Below are positions 39,590 through 53,450 of a stretch of 64,000 nt of DNA, piece by piece. Position 1 is the first letter of the stretch, and each line of letters begins with the position of its first letter. The position numbers were made by a program, and so were the translations under genes. The notes under the pieces were generated by a model, which saw only the letters and a program-made list of their open reading frames with translations, was not told where the DNA came from and searched no databases. The stretch is from positions 24,986,001-25,050,000 of the forward strand of contig JBHGNT010000004.1 of assembly GCA_043228905.1 (NCBI GenBank), read 5' to 3'. The stretch is from Azolla caroliniana. Taxonomy: Eukaryota > Plantae > Polypodiophyta.

Positions 39590-40081
39590 TATAATTAGGG
39601 GCTTTAATCAGCTCCCCTAATCACGCTAATCAGGTCTGTCATATGAATCATTAATCGCACTCTTAATCCACCTCATCAGCTAGGTCTCTAGTACTAATCC
39701 ACTTATTAGCTTTGGCTCCGTCATTAAGTCTACTCAATCTGATTGTCCTCCACAGTAAGGTCGGGCCGGGGAATCAGGCTTGCCCGTGATTAAGCAACAA
39801 ATCCATCGTAGTTAAGCCGTTAATGATCTTAACTAGGATACCAACAATTTACCATCATAACGGCAGACCTAACTAAGATAATTAAGTAGCTGAGCGGAGG
39901 CGGGAATTAGGTAATGTTAGACGTAATTAGGCCCCTCCTTGCCGTGAGTAAAGCCGTTATATTGCTGGTTTAGCTCATTAAGCCCGCCATTAATTGCGAA
40001 ATCAAGCTGCGATTAGTGGTAGATTAATAATCAACGCCACAGCAAGCAGGCGATTGAGCTAATTAATTGATTAATTAATAT
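39590..40081. promoter_or_regulatory. TAAT/ATTA-dense, CpG-containing non-coding island directly upstream of the PGG-like gene
   Basis: A hand count gives about 18 TAAT plus 15 ATTA in ~490 bp. The ORF track has no ORF of 60 aa or more here. Regulatory function is inferred only. Confidence 0.4.
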
Positions 40082-41251
40082 ATGGAGATAAGCAACATAT
40101 ACGGCGGCCTTTTCCTGGGCTTGGCGGCACTGACGTACGTCGGGTACCTCCAGCCGCCAAAAGGATTCGAATCATCCTCAGATTCCAGTCACGTGATCAT
40201 CAGCGACGACACACATCATCATCATCATCATGAGACGGCCAATGAAGGCGCTGAAGTGCAGGCGGGGGATGGAAGTGGCGGCGGGGCGGGAGATGGCCGA
40301 TTTGACGATTCGTTGCCGGTGCTGCTCTTCTTCTGCTGCAACTCGGCGTGCTTCTACATGGCGATGGCGGGCATGATCCTGTATGTGGAGATGGCATCAT
40401 GCACATGGAAGGATCCAGAAGGGGAAAGGAGGGAGGCCTCTCCGGCTCCGCCGCCATGGCCGGCGGCAGTGAGTTCAGTGATGGAGAGGGCTATGGTGGT
40501 TCTGTGGAGGATGTGTGTGTGGTGCTTGATTGCGGGGTTTGGGTGCGCCGGGATCGCCGGGGCACCCCGCTCCTCGATCCCGCTCCTCCTCTCCGTCTCG
40601 GTGCTCGGGTCCCTCCTCACACTGGCCGCGACCGCATTCTGCTGGGCCGACCACACGGCGCCACGATCGGCCGGGACCACCACCCGGCCCCGACATCCGA
40701 TCCACCCGAGACGGCGTCCACGTCCACGGGACACGCTCGCATCGAAAGACGAAGAATCGGCGTCACCGGAGACAATAGTAACAACAATACCATGTGGAGA
40801 CACAAGCATTATCGTGGGTACAAACATACAACAACATGTTCAAGTTGCTCCAACACTACAACACTACATGAATTCTAGTAGCAGTGGTGGTGGTGGTGGT
40901 AGTGGTAGTGGTAGTAGTATTAGTTGTAGTAGTGGTAGTAGTAGTAGTAGTAAAAGTGGTAGTAGTAGTAGTAGTAATATTAGTATGAGTAAATGGGGCC
41001 ACCTACTCAAGCGTTTTATTAGGATAGGGAACCTAGTAGGGTACATGTCCATTAGATGTACTAGAACTGCTAGGTGGACTAACCACATTGATACCAATAC
41101 CGATATCAACCACCACGAGCAGCTCCTCGAATCATCGGATGATGCGGTATCGTTGCCAGTGTCATCGCTCCCCATAGTGGAGGTATTTTGGTCGACCCAT
41201 GAACTTGATGGTGCTCATAACAATGCTTATAATCATGAAATCTATCTCTAG
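40082..41251 (+). CDS. Intronless PGG-domain-like membrane protein without ankyrin repeats, with a His run and a Ser/Gly-rich tail
   Basis: LAALTYVGYLQPPKG resembles the PGG signature (IATVTFxAxxxPPGG). It is followed by FFCCNSACFY (FxxxNxxxF) and two more hydrophobic helices. The 389-aa frame is open and GC-rich. Confidence 0.7.
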   Translation: MEISNIYGGLFLGLAALTYVGYLQPPKGFESSSDSSHVIISDDTHHHHHHETANEGAEVQAGDGSGGGAGDGRFDDSLPVLLFFCCNSACFYMAMAGMILYVEMASCTWKDPEGERREASPAPPPWPAAVSSVMERAMVVLWRMCVWCLIAGFGCAGIAGAPRSSIPLLLSVSVLGSLLTLAATAFCWADHTAPRSAGTTTRPRHPIHPRRRPRPRDTLASKDEESASPETIVTTIPCGDTSIIVGTNIQQHVQVAPTLQHYMNSSSSGGGGGSGSGSSISCSSGSSSSSKSGSSSSSNISMSKWGHLLKRFIRIGNLVGYMSIRCTRTARWTNHIDTNTDINHHEQLLESSDDAVSLPVSSLPIVEVFWSTHELDGAHNNAYNHEIYL

Positions 41252-43230
41252 TGTAAAATATTCGAGACTTTATAAACATGCATGGTAGGGGGTGCAATAC
41301 ATCCATATCGCAACAAATATTGTACATATAAGCAACTAGTCCCTCACAATTTTGTCTCTTCACTACATCCCTAGGTTAAAGACTCACTAACCTTACTTTG
41401 GTCTCCAACATAGTTACCCCGACACAATTGTGAACTTTGCTTCGCGATGGCTCTAAATGTTATTAATCAATACAAAAGCTAATTGAAGAGTGCCACCAAA
41501 GCATTTAAGCACCATTATATATAAGCGCCAGTATAGTGTAATATACATACCAAAGAAGCTACATGTTTAACGACTACATTGTAAATATAATTGTGTTTCT
41601 TTATGAAATTTGGTTTCGAATGTTTGGATTATGGAAGGTCAATTTAAGAGGCATGTCACAATTCATTTTTATATAAACATTGCCACAAATTGCATAACGA
41701 ATTAGAGTATTGGAATTACATTCTTATAGAAAACCGCTTGCTAAAGAATTTACTTCACTACATCACTAGTAGTGACCCCTTTACTTTGATAATGACATCA
41801 CATAAAGGCCGACTCCACACTCTCGTGAGTACTCTTGCGACTTACTTGTATGCTCAAAATTGAGAGTGCAAGTGTTACAAGCTGCATAGCCTTATAAGAA
41901 CCAACCCTACTAATTAGGGATAATTTGAATGGATTTAAGGGCATAATAGGTGAGGAAATGATCATCTTCAAACATTAGATAACCCATAGTTGGAACCTAG
42001 GACATGTGGGAACACGCAAGAGCAGTTACATTATATAAAGGGGATTAGATATCTCCTTCCACATGACAATCTCAACGACGTGGTATGGAACACCAATGGG
42101 GTTTTGTGTCTATCACTTATCCTTTGCTCAAAAGCGGTTGGTGTGGTTAAGCAATACCCTAAATCCATTGTTTCCTTCAACCTAGAAAGAATTGTTGTGT
42201 TTGATGGGTCAAGAATTTTGTAAACGGAAACCTAGACGAGAATAGTTTGTTGTGTTGAGAATTTTGTAAAAGGAAACCAAGATGACAACTATTTTAGTAG
42301 AAAAAGAACTTTCAAACCATGTAAATAAAGGAGCAATTTTGATGGTTGAAGCTGGGATGACTATGATACAACTACAACTAAAAAAGGAAACATTTAAGTA
42401 GAAATGTGTTATGTGCTTTGCACATCTCATAAACATAGAGATCATTCACGTTAATTTGAAGCTTCCATCTATTGAAATTTATGGTTTTTAAACTAAAGAT
42501 AAAAACCTAAACCGAGAGGGTCCGAGACTAAGTATGAAATTTGTGTAAACATAGATGTCTTTTCAACAATAAAAAACATCTATGATTGAACCTAGTAATA
42601 ATAGGGTAATTTTGGCAAAGGGAAACCTAGAATAGGAAACTTGCTAGTAGAATATGATTAAGCTTCTAGGTAACATAAATGAGGTTTTTGTAAGCTAGAA
42701 GGTTGATTAGAGTTGATTTTGTAAAGCTAAATCCTAAAAAGGGAAATAGTGCTGCAAAAGTTTGTTAGAAACGCAAGTTGTGCCATAAATGTATTGTGTG
42801 TCCTTCTATAAATCCAAAGATTCTATGGATGAAGCAGAGACCATAAATGATAATTGGAGGGGTCTTTTGTATATGTAAAGGTAGATATAGAACGAATGAT
42901 AAATGGAAGGGGCTTTTCTTCCTAGAACTCGAGAGGCACACGGAAAAGTTGTCGAAGGTCATGTATAACACAACCAGACGGGCTCATAGGCAAAGAGCAA
43001 TCACAACTTTCTTTGGCCTTATCACTCCCATTCATGCTACAAGTCAATGAAGCACAGGATGACGAATGGGCACCCAACTAGATCATAACAAAACAAGTTA
43101 CATATAGATCATGCAATAACAATTTCCTATGCACACGGGGGGCATGATGGCCCACAGTCCCAGAAACCCCTCGCCAATTGACGAATAAAAGGCCATTCAT
43201 ATGTCTCGGGCCATTACTAGAGGTGCCGCG

Positions 43231-43670
43231 CTAGGTAACAATCGGCAACGGTTCGGTTCGGTTTGAGAAGGTCCAAACTGAATTGTTTAGACTCTACAGA
43301 TGTTGAAACTTGAACCGAACCGAACCATTAAAAACAACTCAAACCGTTAAGCCATTAAACCGGTAAACCGCGGTTTCGTGGTTCGGTTTCAGTTTTCAGC
43401 TTAGGTCAAAATTTAAATTTTTAAAATTTTTAAAATTTCCCCAAAATGTGAAAATAAGGCATGAAAATGAAAAGATTATTTAAAAACAAGTTTGTTTAAA
43501 TTTCTTTAAATTTGTTTTTGAAATAAAAAAAACCGTTAAACCTTGGTTTTTAACTCTTGAAACCGAACCGAACCGTTAAAAAAACTCGAACCTAACCTAA
43601 CCGTTTAAACCGTTAAGCCGCGGATTCGAGGTTCGGTCTTTTTCAAACCAAACCGGGCTCGGAGAGCTCT
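43231..43670 (+). mobile_element. Non-autonomous DNA transposon/MITE with AACCG/CGGTT subterminal repeats and an AT-rich core
   Basis: Many (AACCG)n units. Aligns along most of its length with the reverse complement of 56812-57187. Confidence 0.8.
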
Positions 43671-44399
43671 TAAAAGACAATTAACACACACAACTGTGCA
43701 TACGTCTCTCCTTCTTTGTGGACAGACAGAAACCCTAAGCAACCATGGAGAAGAACTGTCTTACCCATCCATACAATTAAAAAAAACTGGTCATGATGGC
43801 CATGACCGGTCTGTAATTATCATGGAACAGAGAGGAAGGACACAGTTTTTGTGGTGTTCATCTGAAGTGGTACCGAAGGTTTCGAGAAGGAACCAAAATT
43901 GCATGAGCCCCTCATGATTATCTCTAATGTCGTCCTCATCATGTAAGGAAGGATGTTAACTGCGATGATTGCAAATGATAGAGCTGCAGGTTCACCTCTA
44001 GTTATGAGCTGCAGGTATTTTTTAATTCTTTCTCTTCGAATAGCTAGTTACACTCTTAAGAATACATCAGAGGTTCTATTGTTTGAGTTTCGTTTGTGAA
44101 TAAATCGATAATAAGAAGATTTTGGAGGGGAGAAAGCCTCCTACAGGGGATCACTTGGACACGATATGTGTGTCGCAAGGTACTCAAGATTGGCTTTTGT
44201 TTATTTCTGATCAGTGACTAGTCCAGTGATTGGTGTTCAATGGATTTGGGAGTTCCAAAATAAGGGTACTCAAAATAGCCATTTTTGTTATCAAAATAGC
44301 TAACAGAATATGGAGATAACCATTGTTGGTATGCTGAAAGGCAAAATTGGTTCCAATCAAATGGCATAAATATAATTGAACTACCCCGGTTCCAATATA

Positions 44400-44760
44400 G
44401 CTTGGATTATCCACACTTGAACATGACCAACGTGGAAAATATTAGAGTGATCCAAATTGATACGATTAAGTTGGATAATGAAAGAATGTGGATTAGCCCC
44501 ACAATGCCTCTATATTTACACATGTCATATAATAGATTCACAATCAGGTATGCATTTATGTCATGCGTTCCGCAAAATGATAGGGTATCTTCACATCAAC
44601 TAAGAAATTGTGATAGGCAGATATGTATGAAAATGTATTGAAGAACAGATTTGTCAAGTGTCCCATTGGGATGTGGAATTAGAGGAATATGATGTCTTCC
44701 ATTGTATCGTTTTTTATGAAATAAGAAGGAGATACCACTGCCTCGTCAAACAAGGCTTTG
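44400..44760 (+). mobile_element. Possible Ty3/gypsy RNase H remnant
   Basis: KTDLSS..HWDVELEEYDV resembles the gypsy motif RIARWxxELxEYD. Confidence 0.4.
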
Positions 44761-45049
44761 GCTCACTCAATAAGGTAATGGAATACAAAGACCAAAGATG
44801 CTTGAGATTTTTCTTGCTAGAAATGAATAGACAAAGAGGGAAGTTGTTGAAGGACAACAATACAAGCACAAAGGAACATCACAATTTTCTTTAGCTCCAT
44901 CACTAATCATATAGCAAGTTAATCAAGGGCTACACAAGTGGGTGTACTTTCAAAGTGACCCACCTCTAGGACAAATGTTAGCAAACAAGTAAAAGGACCG
45001 ACGATGTGAAAAAAATCTGTATGAGCTTTAAACAAAGTCAACAGAATCT

Positions 45050-46000
45050 GGTGTCTTTGAAGAATAAAAAAAAACTGAGTGACAATATAGTCTCCAGGGA
45101 AAGCTTTAGCCTTGATGTCCCTGTTCCATCCCTGCCCAAGCAGATGTAAGACCAGGTGTTTGGGATGCCATTCATATAACTAATCTGTGTTTGTTTCTCG
45201 CATGAATTTATCAGGTATAACATTGAGTTTGTGCCATAAATGACTACAAATCCATTGGGACATAGGTTCGTATATCATGACATTGGGTCTGGATTCCATA
45301 TGTGAACCCCATACTAATATCATATAGACATTGATGCCACTTCAAACCATTATTTGACACCAGTTCTTCATTGAATGATGAAGTTGACTGATTCCTTGCA
45401 TTTAATGATGGCATTCCCACAACTTGTTAAAGGAATCTTAATCTCCACCTTTATAAAGGGTTTACAAACAACAAGGAATAGAAGCATGCATGATATTGTG
45501 AATAGGATTAAGAAGGATAAAAATTGTTTGGTGTCAATGGCCTTGATTTATTGATAACAAGGGTGAGGATGGCATGGTTCAGACATGCATGCCAAATGGC
45601 TATTGCCTGATCTATTGTAACCCTTTTTGAATGTTGCAGTCGAGCTCCAACTGGCATTGAGTTCGTCTAGATGTTTAGAAATAGGACCACATATAATAGG
45701 CACTCTTTCCCCCCTTCCTTGGCCAGTCTGGATTGGCATTGCCCCTGTTCCATTAACTCACATGATTGCTTCTAATATCACAGGACACCCTTACATGTAT
45801 ATTGAAAGACTCTGGAAACAATTCTTGCAAGGACATGTGCTGACTTTCTCCAATAGCTAGCACTGTTGCTGATACTTTGGTTGTATCTCTAATCCAAGGA
45901 TGCTATAGTTTTGTTTGTGTGCTGACATAGCATCAACTTTCAATCAGTTTGCATTCTGGTTCTTTGTGTTGGGCCTTACTCTCTACACTTGCTTCATGTT
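45050..46000 (-). mobile_element. Possible Ty3/gypsy gag-knuckle/protease remnant
   Basis: A decayed knuckle-like segment near 45850 and IKAIDT (protease DT motif) near 45540. Heavily frameshifted. Confidence 0.35.
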
Positions 46001-47799
46001 CAAAGGAATCCGTTCTCCTTGTCTCGTACTTGTTGTTTAGTATCTTCAACGATTGTATAGTTTCGTTTGTGTGAAGAAAGAAATATTAACGTCTTCTAAG
46101 GCCAAAATTGGCCCTTGAGACAATTGGTTTACAACAAAATGGGATATTTACCCATTCATCGAAAATAAAAATAAAAATAGAGCTTAAGCTAAATAGTTCT
46201 AGTAAAATAACAAACATGTTCTACAATGAAATGGCTTTATACTAGGCCTAGTTTCATTTCCATCTAGGTCTCTCGAAAAGAAGTGGGAGGTCAAATGGTT
46301 TCGATTTGGATGTGGCCCCCTGTGGTTCCAATGTAGAAGGTACCCCAACCATAGCTTCTAGTCGGTGTAGCTCATGTTCCCTCCCTTATCTTCTTAATTG
46401 TTTCTACTACACGTCGAGTTGTTTTGAAGCCCAACATCCGAGGGCGTTTGGTTGTTCTTTGCATTTCTGCTTCCTCAAGAGAAAGGCCGAGTGGCGTAAG
46501 TGTATCCACATTCATCGTCTCCCCTTGTTCCTGAAAAATTACACTACTTACATGTTGATGAATATTAAAAGGGTTATGGTTAATCAATGTCCCCATGCTC
46601 TGAAGGTGCAAAAATCGACATTGTCTATTACTATTTGAAAATATGTATTCAACATTTTGATTTTTGTTTTTTGTACCTACAGCCATAGCATTCTATATAT
46701 GCATGTAGACATAGGAGAAATATGGGCTTCAAATTTTTTCTGTATTTCTTGTTGAAAAAAACAAATTAATGAAGGTGATTCTTGTGTTAAATAAAATGAA
46801 TGACTAATGTTTATTTCTCGAAGAACTTTTGATTCATTGTTGATATGCAACGTGCAGAACTTTTGATTCATTGCTGAAGGTGAAGCTCTGTTACATGGAG
46901 GAGTCAGGACTAGGATTTTCTGGAAGTACTTTGGATGCCAAGTGGTTCTTCAAAACCACAGAAATGCAAGCCTTTCTTGATAAACTGCTTTAAAGGATCC
47001 ACTTGTTGAAGACTATTCTGTTTCATCACTTTAGAGGTTAATTTTGACATCTTCAACTAGTCATGGTGATGAATTGGCTGTATAATTGCTCAATAAGCAC
47101 ACGTCATCGAGGAAAAGGGAATAAATTGATCATATAACATAATTGTTCCTCACGAGAGGGTTGAGCAAGGGCATTTGGATAAATAATGAAAACCTAAGAG
47201 TATTGGGACAATTGAACAATGTGGCTACAATCCTCGCTTGATTTGTGTAAGTCTTACTCAAGCTGGGGGTTGGAGCATGACAATCAGTAATAGCAGGGCA
47301 CACCATTTATCATTGATGTTTCAACACATCATACTCATTGTCATTTGTTGGACTAATACCCTGTTGTCTTGAGCAAAGCATGGCAACTCTTGAAAAACCA
47401 TGTGATATTGGATCTCAACACATAAGCATGCAAGAGATTGATTTTCATGCCTTACCATGCTGGCATGCCATGCATTCTATCCATGTCGTGACATAACGAG
47501 TTTCCATTCACATTAGCACTTGACTTCCTCAGATCTTGTAATTGTGTGAGGACTGAGAGAGATCTTTTACCAACCATGCCCTAAGCATAGGTCCTTGTTT
47601 CCAAGCATACTGAATGGAGTGTTGCACGCTGCACCAAAAGGGGCTTTGTAACTATCCCTGAAAACTCATGAGGTAAGAAATCCAATGGAGCTTGTTTCCA
47701 ATCATACTTTTGTACCCTGTGCCAAAATGGGCCTTGTAACTAACAGCAGCTACTCAAAACGAGGCAAGAGTTCATTGCTTGCGTTGTGGTTCCAAAAGC

Positions 47800-50700
47800 C
47801 TTAAATTGATATATTCTTGGCAATGAATTGGTGATATAATTGTTGATGCACCACATCATTAAAAAACATGGACGAATTGACCAAATGATTGCTCAAATAG
47901 CACTTATAAGCGATAATGAGGGGCATAAATTTACCATGTAATTGCTCAAGAGGGAGAAGGGAATTTGTTGAAATAATGAAGATCAAAGTTATTTTGGGAT
48001 GATTGAATGAGCATTATGGTTGCAAGCCTCACTTATATTTAGTCATCATAGGGAGTTGAATTGTGCCAAGTAGTAATCATCATGCAAGCTGATTATATTT
48101 GCTGATGTTTAATCATGATAACCATTGTGTGAATGGTTGCACTAATACATGTGTAACAATCACTTGTTGTAAGTTAAACATGACAAAATCTATGAAGCCT
48201 TGATTCTCTTGGCTTACCATGCCATTTGTGCTATTTGATTCATGACATAACAACATGCGACTTATTGAAATCTTGCATTTGGATAAAGAATGAGTGATAT
48301 GTCTCACAAACCATGTGCTTATCACATGTCCTTGTTTCCAGGAAATTATCCTCAAGCTCAGAAAAAAAGGAGGTAAGAACAATGGAACAATGTACACTTT
48401 TGAGGATCGAAGTCTTGCCGTCTTAAAAGTTGTTGATTATAAGATAAGTTAGGAGCACTATTTTGTACTCCGTGGTGATAAATGGTAGAATTTGGTTCAT
48501 CATTGAGAAAAAATGCATAAACATCACAATAAGGGAATTAGATGTTAAGCCTTCATATTTCTTTCATCTATTTTGACCTTGAACCATTTTTACCAATCAA
48601 GAACTTGGGCATAATGTTTGGCTTGTTAAAGGGTCTTTAATGTGTGTCGTTATTTAGTGAGAAACCCTAACTTGATGCATGGGATATTCAACTTCTATAA
48701 AACATCCCCACCAAACTTTGAAGTGAGAGATAAGTAAGAGACAAAATAAGATTTTTGAATTCATCGAGGAACTAGGCTTGGATTGGTGCAGTGATAGGGG
48801 AGGCTTTTGATTTTTTGATGCACATTACAAGTTTTGTGTTTCAGCTCTATTAGAGTCATATGAAGGGTTCAATAGTGGAATAAAGTGTTACACCTTTGAA
48901 GTCATGTTGAGACTATCTAGCCTCTTTATTGTGTCCATAGTCAGTATATGAGCCATGTTGATAGCTGATCAATTTTTGTTATCAAAATTGGTTAAGTATT
49001 TGAACGACACATAATGCACATTTGATCATGTTTAGCAAATGGGAATGTAAGGTGGTTGTCGAAAAGTCTCTTACCATCGTAAGGTTTTGAAGTTTGGATT
49101 ACTATACCAAAGTTAGAAACATTGCAATTAATAAGAGCATGAAAAATATAAGGATGCATGGCCTCCTTATAAGTTTGGCTCATGCAGGGTAGCCTCGATG
49201 TTAATGTATGGGGCTTGGAATGATTACAACATTTTATGAAAACTAATGCACATGTAACTTGCAAGTGATGTACATGGAATGTTTCTTCAATTCTTAAAGA
49301 GTGTTGATAGCCATTGGACACATGGATGATGGTATTTCGGGCACATGGTTATGTCAAATCGCGCAATATTATGGGTGGCCCTTGGCAATTTGAAGCCCAT
49401 TACAAAAGTTTTGGTGCAAATGAGGTGAATTGTGAAAGTAGAATTAGAAAGTGTAGTAAATCACGACATTTGATTGATTGACTGCACAACCTTCAGAAAA
49501 TAATGTCCTATCTCCATGAATTCCCTACTAATTTTCAATCGTTACTATATAAAAACCAAGAAGCATGCTGTGATTTGAATTTTCTTTTTATTTTGAAGAT
49601 TTGGAATCACGTAGCACCAATATACAATGAAAAGATAGTGGATTGAAACAAGCTTGAAAGCTAATTAAAATGGGCAAAAGGCGAATGCTAGAAAGAACAA
49701 AATATTAGAAATGTTAACTTGGCCCAAAAAGACCAAGCACTCAATATTTTAGAATCTTCCTACATGATCCGGGTTAGACATGCGCACCTTGATTAGAGTT
49801 GTCAAGCTTGATTGCTTCTTTACAATCATCCCAAAATTTGTCCATCTTACAAGTATGTAGTAAGTAAGTCCTTTGTGCAATAAAAATGCTCCCAAGGTTA
49901 ACTATTCATGTCAATCTACATGCTAACCGTAACATGTTTGATAGAAATACCTTTTTGAGCCCTTCATAATTCGAATCATGCATGTCAATTTCTTGGGTAT
50001 CATTCCGAACCAATTACAACGTGCTCCTACTAGATGCCATTACAAATGGGTAGTTAAATGCATTTCTCCTTGAATCTAGTTTTCTCTTTGCATCTCTTTT
50101 TCTTGTAGTAAATGGAATGGGTGTGCCTCTAATCATTTTGAAATGAAAAATGACTAGGGTACTATGTGTTCGGAAAGTGTGCAATAAAGGAGAAATGAAA
50201 TGTTGTGCTCATAGAGAAATGCATCTAAACTTTTGTGACATGAGTTCTGATTGGGTTGAGGATTGGGCATCGGAGTTCCTCAATGCACTTCCAAGGATTT
50301 TGAAATTTTGCAAGAGCATTTTCTTACAAACACCATGTATGTGTTCAACTTCTTGATGTTAAATTACTTCTTGTTGAGATAAAGGAATGGAGAGGATTGT
50401 AGGATTGTTTGTGGAGTTCACAAGTCTAAGTATGACATTCTTCTACAATGATCCACCTTTGACCAACCTTGAGTTCTCTTTCCGTACATTTTCAACCTTG
50501 ACCTATCTCTACCCAAATTTACCTCTCAAATAATCATAATGTGCACTCTCAATTGCAACCTTCATTAACAAAATACTTGGCCATTGAGAGTCATGTATAA
50601 ACTCTGTGCACAACACATACAAATGTTTTGCTTTGTTCTTATAGGTGATATTTGAACTTTTAGGGTGAAATATCCCCCTCCCCCTCCCCCTCCCCACAAT

Positions 50701-53450
50701 TCTCACTCTCACTCTTTATGTCACGGCTCACAATGGGCCTTGGAACAATTAGTCCCCATAGTCAATAATAAAAAACATGCCTCTCTTAAGTTCCCATTAC
50801 TAATAATGATGTTCATTAAGGCACTCTTGAAAGTGCCATTTGAAGAGCAATGTAGCAATACTTGTTCTCATTATTAATATGATAACTATTTCACTAGTTT
50901 ATTTATCGTCATTGGATGAAATCCATGTAAATTGTGACATATATTGAAACATAACATGATTGAGCTCGATTATTGAGAAGTAATGAGCAAGGGCACATTA
51001 GGTAGTTGTCAATGGCTACGAAGCACTATGTCCTCGTTTGTGAATGAAGAGTTTGTGATCAATTCCCAATTGCTTAGTTTGCAAGTATTTGTGAATACAT
51101 GGTATAACTATGGCACGTGTAAAACAAGAAGCAAAAGACTAAAAAAAGAACCTTGAAATACTTGTGTAAAGGAAAAAGGAGATCATGATGAATGAGCAAA
51201 AAAAAGGGTTGACATAAAATGTTGTGAAATTGAGTAATTGGTCTTATTATTACTTGTGAGTTGGGCAATTTTGTTCCATGTATATGAATGTTGATCAATC
51301 CAAATAGATTGTGTTGGCTGATCCTCCAATAGGGTGGTCTAGGACATGTCAAGTTTTGTGTGAAAGCGTTATGTATTTTACACAAGTACCAAGATAGGGG
51401 AGACAATATTAACAATGTAAAATTACAAATTTTGGCAATGTTCGAGAAATGCAATGGAGAGTATTGCCAATGAAGCAACGTTAGGAGCTTTATAAATATG
51501 TTTCGACAACTAGCTTTCCTAGAAGTAAGGGTAGGTTGTCTACTTTGTTGGAGATGGGAAAAGTATGGCATGCGTTCTTCCATAAAACCCAAGCAAGATA
51601 ATGGATCAATGTGAAAGAAAAATCTATTGATAGCATTGCATGTCTCCATGAGATGGTTGATTTGTGTGCTCTAAAGTTAGCGCATTTTCCCACCCACATG
51701 ATCAAAGAGTTTTGGTGTGATCACACACCCATCGATGCCTTGCTTCTAGATCAACTTCTTCATTTCAAATATATTGTAATTGTACCTTTGTCTTGACATG
51801 AGAGATTTTCACATGATCGAACGTATTCGTGGTAAAGCCATTTTTACTACGCCTGAGGACAACACATGTATATGCATTTTTACTCAATAGTGAATATTTC
51901 TTCTAATAGACCCGATAAAACCCTAACAATATTAATGCAACATATTCTCTGAATTGTATTGTTAAGTTTGCATCTCTTAATAAGATTATCCCGCCCAAGA
52001 AAACCCAAGAGTATCTTTCAATAATATAAGGTCGTGTCAGTATCTTGTAAAAACAAAAGACATATAGTAACAAGTTACCTTTGGTACCATTTCATTTTAT
52101 GAAAAAGCATTTGGCACATATTTCATTAAAAAGATTACTGCTCTCAACAACTTATGTATTTGATTAAGAATGGAACTATGCATAAAATTTATACTTCATT
52201 CGTTGAAACCTCTCCTCTCTCTAAGTTTGGACTATGGACAAAGTTTTCTAGTGTCTAAAAAGCATAGTTAAGGAGTGTGGTTTTCTTTTCTAGAGTGGTC
52301 CAATTTACGGCAACTACATTGTCATTATTTGCGAATGGATCTTCATAGCATCAACATGGATAGTGCACATTTCACATTGATAAAAACAATTGGTGATGAA
52401 TTGTTGAAATCTACATGGAGGTTATATTTTAGTTTTTCCTGGGCTACAAACAATCGTGTCGAGGGCTCTGCACATCCCATGTTGTTAAAAATGTCATATA
52501 TTACACATATCGAAATTCCTCCTCTATATTGCCTTCCCCCTCGAAAGAAGTAGGAAACATGTGTAGTAAACAAACTATGACAAGTGCACGAGTTAACCAA
52601 TCTTCTAGTTTAATTATAACTTATTGTATTTTCATTTCGAGATATAAACATGTGTCCCTTCCTTTGGGAGTTCTTCAAAACATCTATTTTCATTCGAGAC
52701 ACATCGATCTCATGATCCGGCTATGTTGTAAGGTTCCGATCACCTAGTTTTGGTTCGATGAGGGTGCAAATGAGGATTGAACATTCATGGCATAGATGGC
52801 ATGGTTTTTTCTCTTAAGTGTTCCATTTTCCATGATATTATATTTACTTTGTCTGCAATATACGTTATTTGCAAACATATCCTAGTTAGTCAATTTACAG
52901 TTCAAGAAGGCATAATTGTGTCTTGATGATAATTTGTATATCCTTAGTAGCATGTAGCTTTTCATTTGAATTGCCATTCAACTTGAGAGCACACTATTTT
53001 GAAAATATGTATGCCTAATGACCATTGAGAATGGCATCCAATTGAAACTCCAATTGGTTAGTGAGGACATATACAATTTGCTTAGTCTAGAAGGGGGCAC
53101 ATTTTAAAATGAATCAATCCTTTCGAAAACTCTTCAATTTTAAAACTAGTGGGCCTCAATTTTGGTGCTTTCGAGAGAGATTGTGCCCCTTCATGTAAGG
53201 CAATGAAAGTTTTACTTTTTCCAAGAGGGAATTTTTGAGTTAGTGGATCCTTTGATTGAACATTGAAGAGCAAGTCTGTAATTTGTCTACAAAATATCAG
53301 AATTGTCATGTTACAATAAAGTTCATCATATATCATTAGAATTATTGTGTCCACGGGGGAGTGAGTGAAGGTCATGCGACAAAAAAAGTTGGCAAGATGA
53401 TTGAGATGTTTTTGGGCAATGGGTACAGGTAATGGGAGATCCAAGTGAAG
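47800..53450 (-). mobile_element. Highly degenerate L1-like LINE debris (probably more than one copy)
   Basis: LAWVLWKNAC (51570), GAQSLSKAPKLRPTSFKIEEF (resembles KAPGPDGFxxEF, 53170), and other broken EN/RT-like pieces. Confidence 0.45.

Noticed and set aside
39392-40081. Stop-codon readthrough or recoding joining ORF 39392-39598 to the in-frame 40082 ORF
   Set aside because: All three stop types occur repeatedly in that frame. The minus frames I translated are also closed.
39590-40081. Long fold-back (miRNA-like) or CWG-deamination explanation for the TAAT island
   Set aside because: I found no extended nested complementarity by eye, and CAG/CTG trinucleotides remain abundant.
40200-41175. 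Overlapping alternative-frame and antisense ORFs over the PGG-like gene
   Set aside because: Expected by-products of high GC and triplet repeats, with no recognisable domains.
41950-43100. Possible L1 endonuclease remnants (FTW..YSRL, MIIGG)
   Set aside because: The motifs are too short and lie on opposite strands, so they are not callable without a search.
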